The notes under the pieces are model-generated. The model made no database searches. It was not told where the DNA came from and saw nothing but the letters and a program-made list of their open reading frames with translations. A DNA stretch of 34,293 bases from an uncultured Bdellovibrionales bacterium (lineage in GTDB: Bacteria > Patescibacteriota > Minisyncoccia > Moranbacterales > UBA1568): positions 1 through 34,293 of the forward strand of contig CAYHND010000002.1 of assembly GCA_964357915.1 (NCBI GenBank), written 5' to 3'. The translations under genes and the position numbers were made by a program. Below are positions 27,327 to 34,293 of this stretch, piece by piece (the first letter of the stretch is position 1; every line of letters begins with the position of its first letter).

Positions 27327-28916
27327 TTAGGAAAACCAGCCCCGTTTGGGCATAAGTATCTTTCCTCGTTTGAGCGGGATGACCGTGCCTTTGGTGAGAG
27401 CCAATTCACCATTGATAATGACCGTTTCGATACCTGTAGCATACTGGTAAGGGTTTTCCAGAGTAGCATTGTCCGTAACGGTATTGGGATCAAGAACCAC
27501 AACATCGGCAACGTAGCCCTGAGCCAACGTACCTCTTTTCTCCAGGCGAAAAACATCAGCTGGTTTGCCGGTCATTTTGTGAATAGCTTCTTCCCAAGAC
27601 AAAATTTTCTCTTCACGGACATACTCACGCAATACACGAGGAAAGGTACCGAAGCTTCTCGGATGTACCAGTTCGCCGGTATGTTTATGTTCGATATTGT
27701 ATCCAGCACTATTACTCGCAATAATAGAGAAGGGATGCTGAATAGCGTCGCGAACATTCTTTGGAGAAAGTACTTCCAGTGAGACAATAGCGTGTCCATC
27801 ACTGGCAAGCAAGAAATCAAGAAGGGTTTGCTCTGGCGTACTCCCCTGCAAAAGGGCAATCTCTGAAATCCTCCTCCGAGAGAGCATGCGAGAAAGTGAA
27901 GAGGCTGAAATAAGAATCTGGTCGTAATTGATGTTCTTAGTTTTGAGATCACGAAGTACTGCCTGTTTGGTCTGTGGATCCCGTAGCTTGGCCATCATCA
28001 TCTGACGACCATCCTTGGTAATCCATTCTGGGAAGAGCGTGTAGAGCACTGAGCCTGTCTGAGTGTAGGGGTAGACATCAAAAGTAACATTAATGCCCTC
28101 GAGAGCTTTTACTTCAATGAGTTCAAGGGCGAGTTTCATCTGATCCCAGTGAGCTTCTCCTACCGCCTTGAGGTGAGAAATGTGCAAAGTGACACCAGTT
28201 GCTTTGGCTACATTCAAAGCCTCTTCAACGGCTGCTACCAGACCCGCTTCTTCATCACGCACATAGGTAGCATACACGCCCTTTTTCTCTACTACTGTCT
28301 TGACGAGCGTAGTGATTTCGCGTGCACCAGCATCACGAGCATGTGTGTAGTGTAGCCCTGTAGACAATCCTATTGCTCCCTCCTTAAGAGCGCTCTCTAG
28401 AAGTCTCTCCATGATAGCAATATCATCGGGTGTAATCGTACGTGCAACATCATGCATCACGCCACGGCGGAGCGTCCCATGACCCACTAAGGTGGCGAAA
28501 TTCACTCCCAGCCCTCTTCGTTTGAGCTCATTCAAATACTCATTCATCCGTAACCAATTGAAGTTGATTTTCTGAACATCTGTCCATTTCTGGATAGAAC
28601 GGATGGTTTCGGAGCTCGTCAGTGGCGCCAGAGAAGATCCTGAATTACCTCCAATAATAGTAGTCACTCCCTGATACAAGAGACTCTCTTGAAAGGGAGT
28701 TTTAAAGAGCTGCCAATAGGTATCTGAATGGTTATTCACATCGACAAAACCAGGGGTAACATACTTACCGCTGGCATCAATTTCCAACTCTCCTCGTTCA
28801 TGAGCAAGATCGCCAATAGCCATGATGGCTCCTTCGCGAATAGCAACGTCAGCCTGAAACATAGGTCTTCCAGAGCCATCAATCACAGTCCCTTTTTTTA
28901 TGAGAATATCATACAT
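27327..28916 (-). CDS. N-acyl-D-amino-acid deacylase (D-aminoacylase)-like amidohydrolase with a degenerate metal site
   Basis: By eye it is collinear with D-aminoacylases over the full length (GTVIDGSG, PGFVDVNNHSD, QGVTTIIGGNSGSSLAPL, LVGHGTLR, GAIGLSTG, GVYATYVRDE, HISHLK, FDVYPY, HPRSFGTFPRVL, KMTGKPA, GYVADVVVLDP). Several ligand positions are substituted (see findings). Confidence 0.85.
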   Translation of the reverse strand: MYDILIKKGTVIDGSGRPMFQADVAIREGAIMAIGDLAHERGELEIDASGKYVTPGFVDVNNHSDTYWQLFKTPFQESLLYQGVTTIIGGNSGSSLAPLTSSETIRSIQKWTDVQKINFNWLRMNEYLNELKRRGLGVNFATLVGHGTLRRGVMHDVARTITPDDIAIMERLLESALKEGAIGLSTGLHYTHARDAGAREITTLVKTVVEKKGVYATYVRDEEAGLVAAVEEALNVAKATGVTLHISHLKAVGEAHWDQMKLALELIEVKALEGINVTFDVYPYTQTGSVLYTLFPEWITKDGRQMMMAKLRDPQTKQAVLRDLKTKNINYDQILISASSLSRMLSRRRISEIALLQGSTPEQTLLDFLLASDGHAIVSLEVLSPKNVRDAIQHPFSIIASNSAGYNIEHKHTGELVHPRSFGTFPRVLREYVREEKILSWEEAIHKMTGKPADVFRLEKRGTLAQGYVADVVVLDPNTVTDNATLENPYQYATGIETVIINGELALTKGTVIPLKRGKILMPKRGWFS

Positions 28917-28918
28917 AC

Positions 28919-29965
28919 CTATGCGGGTTGGTTTTTGTGTAAGACTTTTTGAACCGCTGCCATAAACGCCTCGTCACGTTGAAGAATTTTCGGGATCAGG
29001 GTCGTCAAATCAACAGCCTCTTTGAACTCACTGATTTTTTCCAAAGCACTCTTCTTGGCAGTTTTGATAATCTCATCGTACTCAGGCATATCCTCTCGTG
29101 CAAAGTGTACATTACGAAAATCTTCACGAGTGCCAATGAGCACTACTTGTCCTGTACGCATAGGTGGATCCATTTCAGCTAAAGCATTCCCCGACCCCCG
29201 ACTATTACGCATGCCAGCTATATGTCTATGGAAATCCTCATCAAGGCGCAGCTCATCTACCGCGTAGTGCATAGCATAGGCCGGATCAATAGAGGCAACC
29301 TTCAGCATAAAACTTTTGTTCTGACGAGCCTCTCGTGGCAGTGACTGAAGGAATCCTCCCAATGAATCACGACTTGCCTCGAGTTGATGAACGTATTTTT
29401 CAAAATCGCCAGACTCCTGAAGACCGTCAAGACGAATCTCTTGGTTACCAAAACCAGCTTCTTTAAAAATGGGTTTAGGTGCTTCTGGTACAGCTGGTTC
29501 TTCTTTGATTTTTTCTTGCACCACAGGTTCTGTAGGAGTGACTGGTAGCTTCACCTGAGTCTCCTTTTTGGTTACCTCCGGTGTATCACTCCCACTTACT
29601 TTCTCTTGTTTTTTCCCAATCGGTAAGGGTTCTCTCAGCTCTTGTTCTATATGGAGAAGCTCTTCTTCAAGTTCTTTTCTTTCATGAATAAGCTCAAGGA
29701 GTTCTTCGTCTTTTTTATCAGGACGAATCTCTTCATTGAGATGCGAGATCTTGGCCTCAACAGTTTTTTCTTCTTTCAGGAGAGCCTCGTGTTTTTGCTC
29801 TGATTCTTGCAACAAGGCATCCTCTTTCTGATAGTCCGCTACGATATTTTCTAGATGTTTACGTTCAGCCAGAATTTCTAAGATAACGTCATCAGACAGA
29901 CCAGCAAATGCCATGCCCTGTATTTCTTTCAACCGCTGTTCTTGTGCTCTGCGTTCCTCCTTCAT
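28919..29965 (-). CDS. Coiled-coil protein with C-terminal globular domain (possibly DUF4116-like), unknown function
   Basis: The N-terminal about 120 aa form a Glu/Lys-rich heptad-like coiled coil, followed by a Pro/Glu/Lys linker. The C-terminal region carries NKSFMLKVASIDPAYAMHYAVDELRLDEDF and LQRDEAFMAAVQKVL. The family call is low confidence. Confidence 0.7.
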   Translation of the reverse strand: MKEERRAQEQRLKEIQGMAFAGLSDDVILEILAERKHLENIVADYQKEDALLQESEQKHEALLKEEKTVEAKISHLNEEIRPDKKDEELLELIHERKELEEELLHIEQELREPLPIGKKQEKVSGSDTPEVTKKETQVKLPVTPTEPVVQEKIKEEPAVPEAPKPIFKEAGFGNQEIRLDGLQESGDFEKYVHQLEASRDSLGGFLQSLPREARQNKSFMLKVASIDPAYAMHYAVDELRLDEDFHRHIAGMRNSRGSGNALAEMDPPMRTGQVVLIGTREDFRNVHFAREDMPEYDEIIKTAKKSALEKISEFKEAVDLTTLIPKILQRDEAFMAAVQKVLHKNQPA

Positions 29966-29976
29966 AGCACCGTGTT

Positions 29977-30996
29977 TTAGGATCGCGAATGTCCTGTGTG
30001 CAGAACCATCTCGACCAGTCTATTAGAGTAGCCCCATTCGTTGTCATACCAAGCCACTACCTTGACCAAATCTCCATCGACAACCGCTGTAAGGGCAAGG
30101 TCGACTATACTTGAGTATGGATTGCCAATGAAATCTGAGGAGACCAATGGTTCCTCTGTCACTGCCAGGACTTGTCGATAACGACTACTCGCTGCTGCCT
30201 CTTTGAGAACATTATTAATCTCCGCTACTGTTGTTTTTCGTTTCAAAAGAAAGGTAAAATCTGTCAGAGACACCACGATTGTAGGAACACGTACCGAAAG
30301 ACCGTCAAACTTTCCCTTGAGCTCGGGGAGTACTTGCGTAACAGCAATAGCGGCTCCCGTAGTCGTTGGTACGATATTTTCGGCTGCTGCACGTGCACGC
30401 CGGAGATCCCTGTGTGGACCATCTTGTAGGTTTTGATCAGCAGTATATGAATGAATGGTGGTCATGAGAGCCTTTTCGATACCAAACTTTTCATGCAGTA
30501 TCTGGGCAATAGGCGCTAGAGAGTTCGTCGTACACGATGCGTTAGAAAACACCGTCTCGTCCTTATACTGCTCCTGATTAACGCCCATCAGAAAAGTTGG
30601 CACCGAGCCATCGTCTCCTTTTGATGGAGCTGAGAGAATTACTTTATGAGCACCCGCTGTCAGGTGTTTGGAAGCAGCTTCTTTATCTGTGAAGCGTCCC
30701 GTACATTCCAATACCACATCCACTGCTAATTTCTTCCATGGTAGTTTTTCTGGCACAGGCTCGGCAAACATAGGGTACTCTACTCCGTTCACCTGGATAC
30801 CTGTTTTGGTCACCGTAATATCGCCCCGGAAATGTCCGTAGGCGGTATCATACTTGAGCAGGTGAGCTAACACACTCGGCTCCGTTAGATCATTGATGGC
30901 TACTATTTCAATATCTTTTTTTTGTAAAGCTATTTTGAAAGCAGCGCGTCCAATACGGCCAAATCCATTGATAGCTACTCGTACTTTTTGTTCCAT
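29977..30996 (-). CDS. gap: Glyceraldehyde-3-phosphate dehydrogenase, type I
   Basis: VAINGFGRIGR, catalytic SNASCTTNSLAP, VPTIVVSLTDF and WYDNEWGYSNR. Confidence 0.95.
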   Translation of the reverse strand: MEQKVRVAINGFGRIGRAAFKIALQKKDIEIVAINDLTEPSVLAHLLKYDTAYGHFRGDITVTKTGIQVNGVEYPMFAEPVPEKLPWKKLAVDVVLECTGRFTDKEAASKHLTAGAHKVILSAPSKGDDGSVPTFLMGVNQEQYKDETVFSNASCTTNSLAPIAQILHEKFGIEKALMTTIHSYTADQNLQDGPHRDLRRARAAAENIVPTTTGAAIAVTQVLPELKGKFDGLSVRVPTIVVSLTDFTFLLKRKTTVAEINNVLKEAAASSRYRQVLAVTEEPLVSSDFIGNPYSSIVDLALTAVVDGDLVKVVAWYDNEWGYSNRLVEMVLHTGHSRS

Positions 30997-31018
30997 ACTA
31001 TCTTTTTCTATTTATCTT

Positions 31019-31801
31019 TTAGACAACTTCTTTAGTATATTGCTCATGGAGACTAATCATTTTGACAATTTCATACGGAAACAAACTCTCCCGACCAACC
31101 AACACTCCATCCATATCAGCTTCCCAAGAGACGGCTCCGAGATAGGCGCTTTTGACAGAACCTCCGTAGAGCACCTGGATACGCGTGGCCGTGTTTTCAT
31201 CAAAGAGCTCTTGAAGAAATTTACGAATCATCACCCGTACCTGCATGATTTCTGCAGTCTCAGGCGTTCGGTCAGTTCCGATAGCCCAGCGTGGCTCATA
31301 GGCTAGAATAATTTTCTCCGCCTGCAGTTTGGAAAGACCGACAAAAATACTCTTGAGTTGCGTGTCTATGATACTAGCTGTTTGACCCTTCACTCGCTCG
31401 TCCTCAGTCTCACCAATACAGACAATTGGTGTCAGAAGGTTCTTTAGAGCGCTATGGGTCTTCGTTCTGACTATCTCATCATCTTCCCCTCCATAGAGTC
31501 GGCGTTCACTGTGTCCTACGAGAACATATTCGATACCATCATTTTTGAGCATAACTGGTGAAATCTCACCGGTGTATGATCCACTCTTTTCCCAAAACAT
31601 ATTCTGAGCTCCACGCGCAAAACCCGCTGGTAGATGATCAAACTCGTTCTGATACAACATGGGCGGACACAAAATCACTTCTGATGAGCTGGTATTACGC
31701 CCCTCAGCTTCACGGGTCAGTACTTGAAGGTACTGTCGCACTTCAGAACGTGACATGAGATTCATCTTTAGATTGGCAACAACGAGGAATGATTTTGACA
31801 T
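31019..31801 (-). CDS. tpiA: Triose-phosphate isomerase
   Basis: VVANLKMN (catalytic Lys), VLVGHSERR (His), ILAYEPRWAIGT (Glu) and VLYGGSV. Confidence 0.95.
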   Translation of the reverse strand: MSKSFLVVANLKMNLMSRSEVRQYLQVLTREAEGRNTSSSEVILCPPMLYQNEFDHLPAGFARGAQNMFWEKSGSYTGEISPVMLKNDGIEYVLVGHSERRLYGGEDDEIVRTKTHSALKNLLTPIVCIGETEDERVKGQTASIIDTQLKSIFVGLSKLQAEKIILAYEPRWAIGTDRTPETAEIMQVRVMIRKFLQELFDENTATRIQVLYGGSVKSAYLGAVSWEADMDGVLVGRESLFPYEIVKMISLHEQYTKEVV

Positions 31802-31804
31802 AAG

Positions 31805-32824
31805 TTATGTAAGATACGAACGAAGGAAAGGAGCGGCTACTTCCGGGGCAAGCGTAGAAACCTCAATGCCAGTAGAGAGTTCAAAACCAGCCCAAATAGT
31901 AGTCCTTGGCACTATCTCTATGTGCCAACGATAGTGGCTATATTCTTGACCATCACAAGGTGCCGTATGGATGAAGAAATTATAGGCTGGATCTTGCAAC
32001 CCATTAAAGAGACTTTTGAGCGCCATATGAAGAGCTTCTCCACAAGCGTATTTCTCTTCGTCAGTGATTCGCTCAAAATAGGGGTTGTCACGCTTACCTA
32101 CTATCCACATCTCAAAAGCACTCCGTGAGGCAAAAGGACAAAATACCACAAAGTGCTCATTCTCAAAAACGACTCGCTTGCCAGAGCTTCCTTCATATTC
32201 AAGGATGGTATCAAAAACGTTGAGTTTATGGGCTTGATGATACTGCTTGGCACCCTCGAGATCACGCACTACTTCACTGGGAACAACTGGAATGGCCATC
32301 AGCTGTGAATGTGGATGAGCCAATGATGCTCCGGCTTCCTTACCATGGTTATGGAAGACCTGAATATAGTTGACCGATTTTTTATTCATCAACCCAAGAT
32401 AACGCTCCTGATAAGCATCGAGTAGCTCTGCCACTCGCCAGACCTCCATCTCAGCAATAGACTGATACGCACTCCTCGTCACTACCACCTCATGATAACC
32501 CGTGCCTGTCTGAGCGACATATGGTCCCTCATTGAGGTTCTTAGGAGTCTTGCCTCGCACAAAAGCTGGGAACTTATTAGGAAAAACTCGTAAGCTCCAA
32601 TCTCCATCAGCCTGACGGTAAATCAAAACATCTGGCTCTTGGCCACTCGCTTCTGGATCTTCAAGTGGATCTTCGTGAGAATTATTGATTATCCGAGAAG
32701 CTACAAATTCATCAGGTCGCTTAGCCCGGCCAGTTGCAATCACCACCCAGTCACCCGTAATAATATCTTGACGGAGTTCTGATGGATTTTTTGATTCTTC
32801 AGTTGTGTTTGTTTTTGGAGACAT
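31805..32824 (-). CDS. galT: Galactose-1-phosphate uridylyltransferase-like HIT-family nucleotidyltransferase
   Basis: RAKRP, FPNKFPAF, active site HPHSQL (HxHxQ), CPFASRSAFE and YRWHIEIVPR. It lacks the usual N-terminal CxxC (see findings). Confidence 0.8.
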   Translation of the reverse strand: MSPKTNTTEESKNPSELRQDIITGDWVVIATGRAKRPDEFVASRIINNSHEDPLEDPEASGQEPDVLIYRQADGDWSLRVFPNKFPAFVRGKTPKNLNEGPYVAQTGTGYHEVVVTRSAYQSIAEMEVWRVAELLDAYQERYLGLMNKKSVNYIQVFHNHGKEAGASLAHPHSQLMAIPVVPSEVVRDLEGAKQYHQAHKLNVFDTILEYEGSSGKRVVFENEHFVVFCPFASRSAFEMWIVGKRDNPYFERITDEEKYACGEALHMALKSLFNGLQDPAYNFFIHTAPCDGQEYSHYRWHIEIVPRTTIWAGFELSTGIEVSTLAPEVAAPFLRSYLT

Positions 32825-32851
32825 TTTTTTGTTTCTATAAGAGATCTTGAG

Positions 32852-33619
32852 TTAGATCAACTGACTTTTTTTGTACTGACCAATATGATACCTCCCAAAC
32901 CAGAAACGCAGGCGGGTTTTGAAAAGATCTATCACTACTTGAATAAAACCATTCTTGCCCGTCAAGCTTACCGTAGAACCCTCTTCATTCATCCAACGCA
33001 CTGGCATTTGCTTGATTTTGAAGCCCAGTTTCTGAGCAAGAGCGATAAGCTCAAAATCAAAACCAAAACGATCCACTACCATACGGCTTGCTACTGCCTC
33101 AGCCGCCTTAGCATTGAGCATCTTGAAACCACACTGAGTATCCGGATAGCTCCATAAGCCAAGGACCACACGAATAAGAATATTCCCCATGTTACCCATC
33201 ACCTCTCGATGTTTTGGTTGATGTATTTGAATGAAAGATCCTTCGATATCACGTGATCCAACCACCACATCATAACCAGCCTCAAACTGAGTCATGAAAG
33301 CATCAAGATGCGTAATAGAAGTAGAACCATCAGCATCCAAGAAAAGACGATACTCTCCCTGAGCCTCAAGCAGTCCCTGGCGTACTACATAACCCTTACC
33401 ATGATTTTCTGGATTCTCTATTACTCTCACACAAGGTACTTGGAGGCCGTAATTACGGGAAATTTCAGCTGTATTGTCTGGTGAACCATCAACAATAATA
33501 ATGATTTCATAGGTAAAACTCTTCCCCTTAAGGTGCTTATCTATCTCGAGAAGGTTACGTCCAATACGCTCCCCTTCCTTATAGGCGGGAATAATCACTG
33601 AGAGAAAAGGTTGTTCCAT
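32852..33619 (-). CDS. Glycosyltransferase family 2, polyprenyl-phosphate hexosyltransferase-like (Dpm1/GtrB/ALG5-like)
   Basis: LSVIIPAYKEGERI, IIIVDGSPDNT, LFLDADGS (DxD) and QCGFK. A soluble 255-aa GT-A enzyme. Confidence 0.9.
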   Translation of the reverse strand: MEQPFLSVIIPAYKEGERIGRNLLEIDKHLKGKSFTYEIIIIVDGSPDNTAEISRNYGLQVPCVRVIENPENHGKGYVVRQGLLEAQGEYRLFLDADGSTSITHLDAFMTQFEAGYDVVVGSRDIEGSFIQIHQPKHREVMGNMGNILIRVVLGLWSYPDTQCGFKMLNAKAAEAVASRMVVDRFGFDFELIALAQKLGFKIKQMPVRWMNEEGSTVSLTGKNGFIQVVIDLFKTRLRFWFGRYHIGQYKKSQLI

Positions 33620-33734
33620 AGTTTCACTTTATTTGTATACGATATAGCTTCATTTTAGCATAAAACGCCCAAAACAAAAGGCGGTTTACCCTCAGATTTT
33701 ATATCTGCTTAAATAACAGTACTCTCTCAAATAC

Positions 33735-34127
33735 CTACTTCTTTAATAGCCAGTCTGTGAGCATGATGCGAGCGGCCTCAGCATCATCATAAGCTTGAAT
33801 AGCTTTCTTGGCGGCCTCCAGCCTATTAGCTTGAGCCATTTTACTCGTGAACATTTCATTTTGCATGATGACTTCCACTCCTAGTGATATAAACTTCCGC
33901 TTCACTTCTGAGAGTTCTAGAGCAAAGTCAGCCTCTGGATGCTCAGGGTCACCTAAGATAACTATGCCAATTTCTTCAATCTGTATGATTTCCTCAAGAA
34001 TAGGCCATAGGTTCTCGTCTACCGGCCAGATTCCATACGGTACCGCTATCCGTGTCTCTGCATGCGCCAAGGCCACCCCTACTTTGGCTCGCCCCCAATC
34101 AATGGCTAAAAAGTTTTTCATTTGCAT
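33735..34127 (-). CDS. ruvX: Holliday-junction resolvase-like / pre-16S rRNA nuclease RuvX (YqgF)
   Basis: FLAIDWGRAKVGVALA is the YqgF N-terminal motif, with IVILGDPEH further on. The track ORF extends to 34208, but family proteins begin just before the xxIDxG motif, so ATG 34127 (MQMKNFLAIDWG) or 34121 is preferred. Confidence 0.8.
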   Translation of the reverse strand: MQMKNFLAIDWGRAKVGVALAHAETRIAVPYGIWPVDENLWPILEEIIQIEEIGIVILGDPEHPEADFALELSEVKRKFISLGVEVIMQNEMFTSKMAQANRLEAAKKAIQAYDDAEAARIMLTDWLLKK

Positions 34128-34213
34128 AAAGTTTTCTCTACTTGGATTGATACCAAAGTTGTTTACCTCTTCACACCTATTCTTCTGATTGAAGGTTCTT
34201 GGACTCATTGTCG

Positions 34214-34261
34214 AGAAAATGTCCTTCCACGAGGTAGTTCCTTAGGGTGCGGACATTTTCT
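34214..34261. repeat. Perfect 11-bp inverted repeat with 26-nt spacer upstream of ruvX
   Basis: agaaaatgtcc (34214-34224) and ggacattttct (34251-34261) are exact reverse complements. No adjacent T-run. All three minus-strand frames contain stops near the window edge, so the region looks non-coding. Confidence 0.5.
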
Positions 34262-34293
34262 AACGACTCTCTCGTCTCAGAACCGGTCAATCA

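Noticed and set aside
29977-31801. tpiA-gap adjacency without pgk, considered as an unusual glycolytic arrangement.
   Set aside because: Gene-order variation of the gap/pgk/tpi cluster is common, and pgk may be encoded elsewhere. This is not informative on its own.
33620-33734. Possible terminator after ruvX (cgcc-N10-ggcg followed by uuuua on the minus strand).
   Set aside because: A 4-bp stem with a 10-nt loop is too weak to annotate.
1-34293. CRISPR arrays, tRNA, rRNA and tmRNA genes.
   Set aside because: I saw no regularly spaced direct repeats. No T-loop-like GTTCGAATC-type motifs occur outside coding sequence. The intergenic regions (1-172, 461-753, 5005-5268, 13717-13839, 20423-20650, 24038-24246, 25724-25834, 33620-33734) are short and are explained by promoters and terminators.

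Overview
Densely coding 34.3-kb chromosomal segment with about 31 CDS. I found no rRNA, tRNA, CRISPR array, integrase or transposase. The genetic code is standard: murA and the lipoprotein gene both stop at TGA. Recognisable genes are murA, mreB, murD, an ftsQ-like gene, holB, ruvX, rmuC, trxB, tpiA, gap, a galT-like gene and a D-aminoacylase-like amidohydrolase. There is also a large glycosylation toolkit: a WecA/MraY-family transferase, two GT4 enzymes, one GT2 enzyme and two tandem GT-C/GT39-like enzymes. The rest are DUF192-like and DUF5663-like proteins and several large coiled-coil or low-complexity membrane proteins. This content and the tight operon packing suggest a small-genome Patescibacteria/CPR (Parcubacteria-like) organism, which is inference only. 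Most genes lie on the minus strand in long operons bounded by hairpin terminators and consensus sigma70-type promoters that can be read directly. The most interesting locus is a four-gene, translationally coupled operon (13716->7729, minus strand). It ends in an orphan VirD4/TraD-like membrane ATPase and has no other type IV secretion or mobile-element genes. It is convergent, 3 nt apart, with an 818-aa transmembrane protein that looks like a degenerate PP2C-like domain joined to a beta-propeller ectodomain. Secondary points are an amidohydrolase with 4 of 6 metal/catalytic residues replaced, a WecA-like enzyme with GDxGS changed to GTTGS, a GalT-like enzyme lacking its Zn-site cysteines, and a duplicated promoter cassette in front of two small exported proteins. 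All family assignments come from motif reading by eye. No searches were run.
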